From positions 544,001 through 608,000 of the forward strand of contig CBDAOB010000004.1 in the NCBI GenBank assembly GCA_965197905.1: a stretch of 64,000 nucleotides of DNA, in the 5' to 3' direction. The translations under genes and the position numbers were made by a program. This stretch comes from Candidatus Latescibacterota bacterium (lineage in GTDB: Bacteria > Latescibacterota > UBA2968 > UBA8231). This document shows positions 30,819 to 41,107 of this stretch, one piece after another. The stretch's first letter is position 1, and the number at the start of each line of letters is the position of its first letter. The notes beneath the pieces were generated by a model. That model saw only the letters and a list, made by a program, of their open reading frames with translations. It did not search any database and was not told the DNA's origin.

Positions 30819-31559
30819 TCAGAGTCCGCGAAGATAGCTGATTTCCTTCTTTGCCGTACCGACGTATTCGCTCTTAGGGTATTCGTCGACCAGCTGCTGA
30901 AAGGCTCTGAGCGCACTGGTCTTATCACCGAGTGCCAGGTAACAGCGAGCGATCTTGAGCTGGGCATCGTCGGCCTTTTCGGTCTTCCTGTAGGCGAACA
31001 CCTTGGTGAATTCCGTGAGGCCCTGGCCGAATTTTCCCATTCCGTAATAACATTCACCTTTCCAATATTGGGCGTTGTCGGCCCATGAACCGTATGGCGT
31101 CATGGACAGGACCCGATCGAAATGGTTGAGCGCTTTGGAATAATGGCGGTTTCGATAGGTATCGAGACCCATTCGATACTTGGCGAGAACGTCGTCGCGA
31201 ACCGTGCGTTTCCTCGGCGGTGCCGGATCCGAAGCGGGCTGCTGCAATGTGTCCAGATCGGTGCCCAGAGCACTGAGTTCTGCCTTCACGGTCGCGAGAT
31301 CGGCGCGCAATTGATCACGATCCTGTTCCACCTGACGCAGCCGTTCCGAAAGAGCGCTTTCGCGATCGAACGAAGCATCTAGGGCACGCCGAACCGCCTC
31401 ACGATCGCTCTGCGCTTCCTCCTCCCATTGGTCCATGCGCTCATTCAGTTCCCCTCCGGCGCAGGCCGTGAGCGTTCCTACGAGCAGCAGACAAGGCCAT
31501 ACCATGATCTGACTCAGGCCGGGCATTGAACTTCCTGGTTGCAGGGGGGAGATGGACAA
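30819..31559 (-). CDS. cpoB: Tol-Pal associated TPR protein CpoB/YbgF
   Basis: Coiled coil plus ADNAQYWKGECYY, KADDAQLK, YPKS. Confidence 0.8.
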   Translation of the reverse strand: MSISPLQPGSSMPGLSQIMVWPCLLLVGTLTACAGGELNERMDQWEEEAQSDREAVRRALDASFDRESALSERLRQVEQDRDQLRADLATVKAELSALGTDLDTLQQPASDPAPPRKRTVRDDVLAKYRMGLDTYRNRHYSKALNHFDRVLSMTPYGSWADNAQYWKGECYYGMGKFGQGLTEFTKVFAYRKTEKADDAQLKIARCYLALGDKTSALRAFQQLVDEYPKSEYVGTAKKEISYLRGL

Positions 31560-31583
31560 TATAAGGACTAGCTTTGGCCGTTG

Positions 31584-34385
31584 CTACTTGGTCTGTGCAC
31601 GAAAAACCAGATCTTCCGGTGGGTTCAGGGCGTACTCTTCGCAGCGGTCGGCGTAGAGTGCGGACGGACCGTCGGTTGGATCGACTTCGAGAGCCTCTTT
31701 GAATCGGGTGCCGGCCAAGGCAAAATCGAAGTCCTCGTACGCCTTCATCGCACTGCCGTAGATCTCCAAAACTTCCAGCTTTTGCGGGCTCAGCTCACCT
31801 TTTCGATCGAGGATCTCGTATGCCACAACGGGTTCTTCTTTTCCCATTACCTGTATCAAGTCGAGTTTGCGCGCCTCGACCAAGTCGCTGACCTGCTCGT
31901 AGATCACATCGTTCACCATGATCGCGGTCCCGTACATCTTCTGTCCGCTCTCGAAGCGAGCTGCCAGATTCACCGTATCACCCATCATCGTGTAGTCAAC
32001 GCGCCCCCTGGAGCCCATGTTACCGACGATCATCGGTCCCGAGGTGAGCCCCATACGGACGTGGGCAAAAAGGCGTCCCTGTTTCTCCCATCGCTCGCGT
32101 AGTTGGTGTAGTGCGACCGGGAGTGTCTCGCTCTCTTCCCAACGCTGCCTGAGCTCCACGAGCTTGCGCTGTTGGTCTATACACGATAGACAGGCGCGCA
32201 CGGCGTGGTCCTCATAGACGACCGGGGCTCCGAAGAAAGCCACGATGGCATCCCCTTCGAACTTATCTATCGTGCCGCCGTAGTACTCGACGATGTCGCA
32301 CATCTCGCTGAGGTACTCGTTGATGAAGGCCACGAGTTCCCCGGGAGTGAGGCATTCGGAGATGGTAGAGAAACTGGCAATATCGGAGAAGAAGGCCGTC
32401 ATCACCCTCTCCTCTCCTCCAAGCTGACCAACCATACCAGGGTTGTTCATGATCTGATCGACCACGGCCGGCGACAGGTAGTGTCCGAAAGCCCCTTGCA
32501 CGAACTCCTTTTCTTGTTCCTTGATGACATACCCGTAGATCGTTAGGGCAAGATATCCGACCACGAGCATCATCATGGGACCGATCATTTCGAGCCACAT
32601 GCCGCCATGGGTGAACGCGGCGAAAGTCGCGATCGCGTAAATGAGGACGACCGCGAGAATCAAGAAGGCACCGATTAGCACCTTGAGGCGAGGCACGATG
32701 ACAGACAGCAGGATTCCAAGGCCCACGATCAGCGCGGCATTGAGCCACGGGGAAACCCGGCGGATGAACTTCTCTTGCAGAATCGTGTTGAACACGTTCG
32801 GGTAGATCCCGACCATCGGATAGGATCCTTCAAACGGAGTTACACTCAAGTCTGTTGTTCCCGGTGCCGTCAAACCGTAAAACAGAATCTTCTGGTCGAC
32901 TTCCGACGGCGTGATCATTCTATCCTGGAAGACCTTGTAGGGGTAGAAGTACAGCGGGCGCTCGTCGGGGGAAATGAGGCCATCCGACAACAATGACCGA
33001 ACGAAATATTCGCTCTGGCGCAGGTCGTTTCGATCGTGGCCGGGCAGCAATGTCTCGAGCCGTTCTGGATTCAAACTTGGATCTTGGCGGAGAAAATCAA
33101 CCATCGAATTGTTTCGCTGTATCTGTTGAAACAACCGTAGCTGGTCGGCGTTGGGATCGGCAACCCCTTTTGAGCGCCAGAAATCCTCGGCGCCGAGCTC
33201 CTTGTCGCGCGTGACCGCACGTTCAATGCCGGATGCCTGAAACCATGTCACCAGGGCGGTCCTGTTGGCTGCGCGATCGCCGAAACCTTCCTTCGCCAAC
33301 TCCCCGGGGATGGCACGCGGATTCCGAGCTTTGCCGGGATCGGATGCTACGATCGCTTTGACGCGGTTGAGGAGCTGTTGCTGTTGGTGCCGTTGAGCTG
33401 CCCGCCGAAGGGCAATATGAGGATAGTGCACAAAACACTCAGCCCAACCGCCGGCCCAGTTGACGTTCATATTGCCGAATTCGTCGATGGGAATTTCGAT
33501 GTCCCGAACGGTCTCGGCGTTCACCTGCGCACCCGGCAGCAGGATATGGCTTCCGGGCCACACCTCCGCCGTTTCTATCGGAACCCGCATAAAATCGCAT
33601 GCCATCAACAACGCGATCGATGGGAAAACGACATCCTTGTACTGATAGACGAGTGGGTACCTGCGACGGGCACCGTCAACATCGTGAACCGTTTGGGCGT
33701 AGGCGAAACCACGGGTCACATCGCGCAATAGCTTCAGCGGCGGCTCAAAGTCGAATCCGCGCCATATAGTACTTTCCTCGGGATTCACCATCAGTTTTGG
33801 CGACCGTTTGCGGATGATAGCCAGGGCTTCTTCCTGGTCCGGAGTCAAGGTCTCCATCTTTGCAAGCACGGCTTCCTTGTGTAGATCGTCGTGCGGCACG
33901 ACGACCGTTTGGGCCAGGTACACGTTGTCCGCTTTCTCTATTGTGCGTTCGAACAGTGCATCGTAGTCAGCGCGGTCCAACAGGCTGCCAACCGATGCGC
34001 TGTCGATCCGCGAGAGCTCGGAAATCTGATCCGAAGAGATCAGCTTTGTGCTTGGCTCGATGAAATAGACATCAAACCCTACCAGCTTCGCGCCGTAGTC
34101 GCTGAGGATGCTCACCACTTCCGTATATTTGTCGCGCGTCCAGTCTTGATACCTGCCTTCCACCTCGACGCTTTTGAGGTCGATGTCGATGGTGCCCAGC
34201 CTGGGATCTGTGGGCAGCAGGCCGAAGATGTTGTTGCGGATATTGAAGCGCCAATCGTAGGTGACCAGCTCGGCCCGTTCGTACACTTTGCTCTGCGAAA
34301 ACAGCAGCACCAGCAGGGCCACGATTGGACCGAGAAGAAGCTGCAGTTTACTCTGGTCGCCGCCCTTCTTTTCTTCTTCCGCCAT
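31584..34385 (-). CDS. CHASE2-domain class III adenylate cyclase
   Basis: N-terminal TM, CHASE2 (DVDGARRRYPL), three TMs, FFSDIASF, DKFEGDA, DYTMMGDTVNLAARFES with Lys/Thr ATP-specifying residues. Confidence 0.92.
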   Translation of the reverse strand: MAEEEKKGGDQSKLQLLLGPIVALLVLLFSQSKVYERAELVTYDWRFNIRNNIFGLLPTDPRLGTIDIDLKSVEVEGRYQDWTRDKYTEVVSILSDYGAKLVGFDVYFIEPSTKLISSDQISELSRIDSASVGSLLDRADYDALFERTIEKADNVYLAQTVVVPHDDLHKEAVLAKMETLTPDQEEALAIIRKRSPKLMVNPEESTIWRGFDFEPPLKLLRDVTRGFAYAQTVHDVDGARRRYPLVYQYKDVVFPSIALLMACDFMRVPIETAEVWPGSHILLPGAQVNAETVRDIEIPIDEFGNMNVNWAGGWAECFVHYPHIALRRAAQRHQQQQLLNRVKAIVASDPGKARNPRAIPGELAKEGFGDRAANRTALVTWFQASGIERAVTRDKELGAEDFWRSKGVADPNADQLRLFQQIQRNNSMVDFLRQDPSLNPERLETLLPGHDRNDLRQSEYFVRSLLSDGLISPDERPLYFYPYKVFQDRMITPSEVDQKILFYGLTAPGTTDLSVTPFEGSYPMVGIYPNVFNTILQEKFIRRVSPWLNAALIVGLGILLSVIVPRLKVLIGAFLILAVVLIYAIATFAAFTHGGMWLEMIGPMMMLVVGYLALTIYGYVIKEQEKEFVQGAFGHYLSPAVVDQIMNNPGMVGQLGGEERVMTAFFSDIASFSTISECLTPGELVAFINEYLSEMCDIVEYYGGTIDKFEGDAIVAFFGAPVVYEDHAVRACLSCIDQQRKLVELRQRWEESETLPVALHQLRERWEKQGRLFAHVRMGLTSGPMIVGNMGSRGRVDYTMMGDTVNLAARFESGQKMYGTAIMVNDVIYEQVSDLVEARKLDLIQVMGKEEPVVAYEILDRKGELSPQKLEVLEIYGSAMKAYEDFDFALAGTRFKEALEVDPTDGPSALYADRCEEYALNPPEDLVFRAQTK

Positions 34386-34429
34386 CGTCGCTGGAATCTC
34401 CTAGGTGTTGCCAACAAGTGCCCAAATAT

Positions 34430-34470
34430 AAAAAAACCGGAAGGCAGGGGAATTTGATCCCGCCCTCCGG
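34430..34470 (-). terminator. Intrinsic terminator
   Basis: Minus strand CCGGAGGGCGGGA...CCCCTGCCTTCCGG followed by T7. Confidence 0.7.
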
Positions 34471-34490
34471 CTATATTCGACGCTAAACCT

Positions 34491-34654
34491 AGTAGCCTGT
34501 CGCGGAAATAGCTTATGGAATTCGGGCGCCGAGGCGCCCGGCCCGCAAGGCGCCTGCACGCGCCGTACTGGTCGAGTACGGCGAGTGCAGGCAACGCCAG
34601 GGGTCGGGATGGATCGGCGCCCGAAAACGCAATGTATTTATGCGACAGGACACT
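34491..34654. repeat. MITE-like fold-back element (~165 bp)
   Basis: Nested inverted repeats CCTGTCGC/GCGACAGG, TTCGGGCGCCGA/TCGGCGCCCGAA, GCCTGCAC/GTGCAGGC, CGCCGTACT/AGTACGGCG. Confidence 0.7.
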
Positions 34655-34661
34655 GTATCGC

Positions 34662-35180
34662 TCAGGGACCCAGTTGGGTCAATTTCTCCTGGGCTTTCGC
34701 CCCCCACGATGTCGACGAATGCTGGGTCGCCAGCCGGGTGTAGTAGCCCCGAGCTTCTCCGATTTGGCCCAATTTCTCGTAACATTGTCCGACGAAGTAG
34801 GTCTGTTTCGGAACGGTGTCCGCCTTCGGATTACGCGCGATGCTCTCCTTCAAGGTGTCGATCGCTTTTTTCAGCTTGTCCTGACTGGGATAGCGTTTGC
34901 CACCTTTGTAATAAAGCTTGTCGAGGATGTTGTCCGTGGCCTCAGCACCGCGCACACCTGCCACGGTGACCGTCTCTTGCAGCTTGAACTCTTCCTCTTT
35001 AACCATGTCATCGACTTGGGTCCAAACCGTGTTGAGCCATTCGTCATCGACATCCTCGCCGCTCGCCGGCGGTGCCGTCTCGGAAGACGCTTCGTCGGTT
35101 TCAGCTGCCCACGCCGATTGGAAACCACCGGCGATCAACGCCAGAAGCGCCAGTAAGAAAAACCAATTGAGCCGTTTCAT
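34662..35180 (-). CDS. Small secreted TPR protein
   Basis: Signal peptide, TVAGVRGAE motif, C-terminal TPR. Confidence 0.8.
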   Translation of the reverse strand: MKRLNWFFLLALLALIAGGFQSAWAAETDEASSETAPPASGEDVDDEWLNTVWTQVDDMVKEEEFKLQETVTVAGVRGAEATDNILDKLYYKGGKRYPSQDKLKKAIDTLKESIARNPKADTVPKQTYFVGQCYEKLGQIGEARGYYTRLATQHSSTSWGAKAQEKLTQLGP

Positions 35181-35360
35181 TTTTCTTTCCTCCTACTTGG
35201 AAAGGTCAGGTCCAATGTTCGCCTTTACCATCAATATCGTTCTTTTTGGCCCGAGAAAACATGATCTGGATCACGAAGGTCGAACTAAATTTTATACCCT
35301 GGCCAAACCGGTCCGGAACACAGTCGTTGAGATGGGCAACAAAACAGTCCTAAATTACTG

Positions 35361-38300
35361 TTATTCAACAAATTGCAGGTATCCTTCGTAGCGATCGTCC
35401 ATCTCTACCGCCTGCTGATATATCACCGCTGCTTCGTTGCGTCGGCCCTGCAGAAAACGCACGATAGCCATATTCAGACGCACACCGGCATGCTCCGGCA
35501 TCAGCTCCTCGGCTTGCTCCAACATCTTATACGCCGCGTCGAAGTCGCCGCGCTTGGCCAGGGCTACACCCTTGGAGTTGTAGGCGTGCCCCATCTCGGG
35601 AGAGCTACGGATTATTCGGTCGAAACGTTCGATGGCGCGGTCTATCTCGCCCTGATTCAGGTAGGAGGTAGCGACGCGGAAATTCTCCTCAACGGATTCT
35701 ACGCTGGCCAGGAAATCGAGCAGCCCTTCGTAGGAATCGTCTTGGTCGATCACCTGCTGGTACAACACATCTGCCTTCTGGTGCTCGCCCTTGAGATAGT
35801 GGACGAGAGCCACGTTCAAACGGAATCCCAGCTGCTCCGGCACCAGAGCGGCTGCCGCTTCGAACATCGACAGGGCTTCGTCGAACTGCCCCTTCCTGGT
35901 AAGCACCACTCCCTTGGCGTTGATCGCGTCGGCGTATTTGGGATCGGCCTGCAGCGCCGCGTCGAACTGCTGCAGCGCCTGGTCCAGCCGCAGTTGCCTA
36001 AGGTAACTGGCCCCGATCTCGTAGGACTCCTGGGCTTCACCCACTGAAGCCAGGAAATCGAACAGCTCCATGTAGGAATCGTCCGTCGCAACTACTTCTT
36101 CGAACAGCCGGTCCGCCTTTTCGCGCTCGCCTTTCAGGTAGTAGGTCAGCGCGATGTTCATGCGCACCCCGTTGTTCTCGGCGATCTGCAGCGATTCGCG
36201 ATAGAAGGTCAACGCGCCGTCGAAATCTTCCTGTCGCGTCAAGACTACACCTGTGGCATTGAGAGCGTCGGCGTGGTCGGGATCCATGCTGAGAACGCGA
36301 GCAAACATCGCGGACGCCTTCTCGAGATGATTCACCCTCAGGTAGGCGGCCCCGGCATCGTAAGCTCCCTCCGGTGTTTCGAGGGAAACGGCGCTGGAAA
36401 GGGCGATCTGATCGACCCGGTCGTCGAAGAACTGCAGATCCTTTTCCAATAGGCTGTCCAATGCGGCAACATCCGGAAGACTAATCTGCGTTGGAGAGAG
36501 GGCAGCCGGTTTGTAAACTTGCAGCCAGTTCTGCACGTAGACTTCGTCGACCAATTGTCGGGGTTTAAGACGTTTGTATTCCGCAACACCGTTGCGCCAG
36601 GCATCGGCGAAGGTGAAGCCGAACATGGTCGTCTCCACCGGAATCCAGACCCGGCCTTCCCACGCCACGTATTCGGATGAACTCACGAAGTGGTCCGGTG
36701 CCCGATCGGGCGGTATGCCGGTATCGAACATCAGATAGATGTGCCCCTTCCCCGGATCATTTGCTTCCAGGAACGCCGTGTCGATGCTGAGATTCTCCAG
36801 CATGGAGGCGTAGAGCACAGTCAGGTCATCGCAGTCGCCAATCTTGGTGTCGACCCCTTCCGGCATTTCCAGCAACTCGCTGGGATATTGCACGGTGTCG
36901 AAGATGGTTTTGTCGTCCGAAATGCTGGTGAATGGGGTTTTCTGATCGGCTTGGTAGCGGATCTTGTAGACGCCCATCGCATCGAACAGGACAGCCGCTT
37001 TGCCCATGTTGGAGCGATTGAACTTCGTTGTGAGCACGTCGTTGTAACGCTGCACCAATCCACGTGCCATCCCGGCCACTGCAAGGTCAGCGGGGGTCAC
37101 GAAAGCAGCCGCCATGCCGGGTATGTTCCAGCTCAATTTGCCGCGTCCGGCCACGTAAACCCGCTCCAACTGTTTCTCCACAGCCTGTTCGCGCCGGTTT
37201 CGAGAATAGGTCACCCGGACGATGGGGGTCACGAAATTGTCGAAGTAGGCTTCCGGTCGGTTGAACAGATCGGGATCGAACGTCACGTTGAAGGCGTACT
37301 TTTCGGTGCTCTGGGGAGGCAGCAGTACCTCCTCCTGATGCGGTACGCTCATGACCTTGGGCAGCATCAGACTCACGGTGACCGCGATCGGCTCTGGAGC
37401 CGAGTTGCCCAACACCACGTCGGCGAACTCGATCTCCTCGTAGTGCCGATACAAGGATCGAAAGATCGGCGACGGCCTGATCGTCGCATCCTTGATGGTC
37501 ACGACCTTGGGGTTGTAGGAAAGGATCAGTGAGCTGTAATGAGTTGCACCCAACTCCGGATGTGTCTCGTAGGCGTACTCCACCTGCGCGAAACGATGTT
37601 TCACGCCAATCCCGAACGCAGCGGTTGTACCGTCGGCGAAACTCTCCGGTGTGTCGCGCTCGCTTTTCAAGCCGGCCCGTAAGGCCAGGAGGCCGCGAAA
37701 CCAGTATTCGGCACCCACCCGATAGTGATCGTCGATCTCCGCCGCCAGGGTCAACCCTTCGATCGGTTTGTACGCGGCTCCAAGCCGGTAGTGCGCTGGA
37801 AATATCTCTTCACTGGTGCCGCCGTTGTGTTCGAGGGAAGTGCCACCGAGATCCTGGGCCGCAAATCCCAGGCGCACGCCGTACGGAAGCGGAGCCAGAA
37901 AACTCAGGTCCCAGCCCCAACCGGACGCGTTCAGGACTTCCTGCTCGTCCAGATCGATCCCCTGCGAAATGTATTTTCCCCGGACGCCGACGGCCAGATT
38001 GCCGATGTACGGTTTCAACCGTTGGATGCTGTTCCGATAGCCGTAGGCGAAGCCGATCTTGTTCTGGCTCGACTTCAAACCCAGGCCGGATTCCACGTCG
38101 TCGAAGCCCTCCCTGAACCAGTCGATCCCCAGGGCGTGGTTGTCCTTGACCGGTAGCAGATATCCCAGGTAGGAATCCGATAGCAGGCTGAAGCGATCCG
38201 CGTAACCGAAAGCCGCCTCCTGACGCTGCAGCGACGCCAAACCCGCGGGATTCCAGGTCACGGCAGTGGCATCGTTGGCAACGGCGACGAAGGCTCCTCC

Positions 38301-38414
38301 CATGGAGATCGCACGCACCCCAACTTCCACCTGTTTTGCCGTTTCGGCATGGGCAACAGTACCCGTAACCGCCAGCAATCCCAGAATCAGCAATCTCGGA
38401 GGAACCCGTATCAT
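35361..38414 (-). CDS. PorV/FadL-like beta-barrel plus transglutaminase-like domain plus TPR repeats
   Basis: GVRAISMGGAFVAVANDATAVTWNPAGL; GDCDD...GHIY...PVETT; multiple TPRs. Confidence 0.85.
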   Translation of the reverse strand: MIRVPPRLLILGLLAVTGTVAHAETAKQVEVGVRAISMGGAFVAVANDATAVTWNPAGLASLQRQEAAFGYADRFSLLSDSYLGYLLPVKDNHALGIDWFREGFDDVESGLGLKSSQNKIGFAYGYRNSIQRLKPYIGNLAVGVRGKYISQGIDLDEQEVLNASGWGWDLSFLAPLPYGVRLGFAAQDLGGTSLEHNGGTSEEIFPAHYRLGAAYKPIEGLTLAAEIDDHYRVGAEYWFRGLLALRAGLKSERDTPESFADGTTAAFGIGVKHRFAQVEYAYETHPELGATHYSSLILSYNPKVVTIKDATIRPSPIFRSLYRHYEEIEFADVVLGNSAPEPIAVTVSLMLPKVMSVPHQEEVLLPPQSTEKYAFNVTFDPDLFNRPEAYFDNFVTPIVRVTYSRNRREQAVEKQLERVYVAGRGKLSWNIPGMAAAFVTPADLAVAGMARGLVQRYNDVLTTKFNRSNMGKAAVLFDAMGVYKIRYQADQKTPFTSISDDKTIFDTVQYPSELLEMPEGVDTKIGDCDDLTVLYASMLENLSIDTAFLEANDPGKGHIYLMFDTGIPPDRAPDHFVSSSEYVAWEGRVWIPVETTMFGFTFADAWRNGVAEYKRLKPRQLVDEVYVQNWLQVYKPAALSPTQISLPDVAALDSLLEKDLQFFDDRVDQIALSSAVSLETPEGAYDAGAAYLRVNHLEKASAMFARVLSMDPDHADALNATGVVLTRQEDFDGALTFYRESLQIAENNGVRMNIALTYYLKGEREKADRLFEEVVATDDSYMELFDFLASVGEAQESYEIGASYLRQLRLDQALQQFDAALQADPKYADAINAKGVVLTRKGQFDEALSMFEAAAALVPEQLGFRLNVALVHYLKGEHQKADVLYQQVIDQDDSYEGLLDFLASVESVEENFRVATSYLNQGEIDRAIERFDRIIRSSPEMGHAYNSKGVALAKRGDFDAAYKMLEQAEELMPEHAGVRLNMAIVRFLQGRRNEAAVIYQQAVEMDDRYEGYLQFVE

Positions 38415-38417
38415 TAT

Positions 38418-39878
38418 CTATTGTTCCAGCACGGTTAGGGAATCGCCGGCGCTCAAATTCGTTTGTGTGACCGGAAGCTGGCTTCCGGGAAATAACACCG
38501 CGACGGTGTACGGACCGGCCGGCGCACCGAAGATGAGCTCAGTGTTGCTTTGACCGGCGCTGACCTGTCGGTAGGCTCGCAGCTCGCCCGTCGCCGAATC
38601 CAGCAGGCGGACCCGGGCACCGATCCCGTCCACATTACTACCCCCCGCTGCGGGTCCCAGCCCGCGCACGCGGATGCGGAGGAACTGATCCGCGGCGGTA
38701 TCGTTCTGGAACAGTCGGTTTCCCGGATCGAATGTGCCGCCGAAACCGCTGCTGGCGTATACGTCGGGAGAGCCGTTGCTGTCGTAATCCGCCCACCCGG
38801 CGGCCATGTGAAACGATATACCCGTGGGCAAGCCGGCCTCGGCTGTAGCATTGCGGAAGGTGCCATCGCCATTGCTGGCGAAGAGCACATCGGGCTGCGG
38901 CTGTTTGTCTCCTCCATTGGCCAGAAAGAGATCCTGGTTGCCATCCCCATCGTAATCCGCCCACGCCACTGAGGCGGTTATCCACCCCGATCCGCTGTCG
39001 CGAACGTTTGCATCACCGGCAACATCGACGAATTGATCGTTGCCGTCGTTCCGAAACAGCGCGTTGCCGCCTACGTTGCCCAGGTAGAGATCCATATCCC
39101 CATCATTGTCGTAGTCTGCCCATGCCCCGCTCTGACCTATCTCCCGACTGCCGATGCTCGCGGCGCAAGCCACGGCAGCAAAACTTCCGTCGGTGGTCAG
39201 ATCGTTGCGAAACAACCCGTTTTCCTGTTCACGATTGGTTACGTAGACGTCGAGATCCCCGTCATCGTCATAGTCGACCCAATCGACATGTTGGGAATCC
39301 CTCTTGTCGGCAATCCCAATTCCAGTGACCGATGCAAATGTGCCATCTCCGACATTGCGATAGAGCTCGTTGTCGAAGTAATATTTGCCGAGGTAGATAT
39401 CCAGGTTGCCGTCCAGGTCGTAATCGCCCCAGTCGACGGAATTGACGGATCCGCGAGTTTCCCTATTTATCGATCCTCTGGCGCGACCTATCTCTTGAAA
39501 CCCGCTCTCACCGTTCTCGTAGAGAAAATCCTGGTCGAAGAAATCGGCCACGTAGAGATCTAGATCGCCGTCGTTGTCGAAGTCTGCCCATGCAGCGGCG
39601 GTACTGTTGTTCTTGTTGTCAACACCCAATTCGACAGCGACGTCGGTAAACGTGCCATCGCCGTCATTCCGATACAGGGCGTTTGCGGGAACCGAAACAG
39701 CGGTGGCCCAGTTGGTGACGTAGAGATCGGGGTCTCCATCGCCATCGTAGTCTCCCCACGCCAGCCCGGTGCTGTAAAGGCCCTGGTTTCCGGTACCCGC
39801 AATCTCCGTCGCTTCTTGGAAGGTTTGGGCAACCGCCGTGCCAGCTAGAAACAGTGTTGTGAAAACGATTCTTTTCAT
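38418..39878 (-). CDS. Secreted CRTAC1-like FG-GAP/VCBS repeat protein with ASPIC/UnbV-like C-terminus
   Basis: Seven WxDYDxDGDxDLYV-type repeats; NVDGIGARV. Confidence 0.88.
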   Translation of the reverse strand: MKRIVFTTLFLAGTAVAQTFQEATEIAGTGNQGLYSTGLAWGDYDGDGDPDLYVTNWATAVSVPANALYRNDGDGTFTDVAVELGVDNKNNSTAAAWADFDNDGDLDLYVADFFDQDFLYENGESGFQEIGRARGSINRETRGSVNSVDWGDYDLDGNLDIYLGKYYFDNELYRNVGDGTFASVTGIGIADKRDSQHVDWVDYDDDGDLDVYVTNREQENGLFRNDLTTDGSFAAVACAASIGSREIGQSGAWADYDNDGDMDLYLGNVGGNALFRNDGNDQFVDVAGDANVRDSGSGWITASVAWADYDGDGNQDLFLANGGDKQPQPDVLFASNGDGTFRNATAEAGLPTGISFHMAAGWADYDSNGSPDVYASSGFGGTFDPGNRLFQNDTAADQFLRIRVRGLGPAAGGSNVDGIGARVRLLDSATGELRAYRQVSAGQSNTELIFGAPAGPYTVAVLFPGSQLPVTQTNLSAGDSLTVLEQ

Positions 39879-41107
39879 GGTCTACTTAATCACAGCGACG
39901 ACCTTCTCCTGCTTCGTATCGCCGGCATTGACGACGACGATGTAGAGCCCGCTGGAAACAGTGTTGCGGTCTTCGTCCCTTCCGTCCCACTCGAATGACG
40001 CTCTGCCTGGCGCCAGCGCACGGTCGCGGACGATCACCCGCTCCAAGCGACCTGAGGCGTTGTAGACGCGAACGGTCACATTCGCCGGACCGGTGAGATC
40101 GAACGAAATGTCGGTCTCCCTCTTGAACCTCGTGCCGCCTGGCGCGAAGGCTCGAGGCTGACAGTCCAATTGCCGAATAGCGAGCTTGCCTACCTGGGTA
40201 CGCAGATCCTGGAAGATCGCGAAAGTACCCAACGCGTCGATCGCCGTGGTCACTTCCCGGCTGCTGGCATCTGCGACTCCACCTACCCGACCCCATGCGC
40301 CGCCGGACAACGCGAACACGGCGAGCTTCGAGGGATCCCCTACTGCTGCTGATTCATCGCCGGAATAAGCAACGGTCAGTGTCACCGGTTTGCGCAGGGT
40401 CGCACCCGGCGCCGAGATTGCGAAGGCTCGGCTGATTCGGGTCAGCTCGGAGTCCTGCACATTGCGTTTCGCCGGAGGATCGGCCGCAGGACGAATCAGG
40501 ACCTCGCTGGTCCCTCCTTCCAGCGCGTTGGGAGGGAAGTATAGCTCGACGCTGCCTTCCGGATTCGTGATGGTGCCACCCAGCGCAGCATTGGCAAGTC
40601 GTGCCGCCGTGCGGAAACGAAAGTTGAACCCGCTCTCCGCCAGCTGCCCAAGCACCTCTCTTGACATCTCGATTTGGTACTCCGTGAACGCCTGCAGTCC
40701 CCCTTCTGGCGAAAAGGAGATCGTGGTCCCGCTGTCATCGGCTCCGAATCCTGTAATCGGCACGACCTCTTCAGCTGCCTCGAGATCTCCGAGGGCGCGG
40801 GCAAGCAGCAGAAAGTCGGTCTGCAGTTGCCGCGCCACACTCCCCGAGAAAACCACCTGGATAGTCGGCGTCGCGGATGAGACTCCTTCCTCATCCGCTT
40901 CGGGTCGAGTCGCCACCACTTCGGGAATCTGCGTGCGGAAGTCCCACTGACGATCTGGCCTAGCGGCCCCCAAGGGACCGTACAACCTGGAGGTGACGAG
41001 CGCCTGGTAGGCGTTGCCGGACAGGAAATCGATTTCCGGGAACAACACCGTAAACGTGGTTGCGTCGTAGCCGAAAGCGAGCTTGGGTCAAATGGTGTGT
41101 AAACGAC

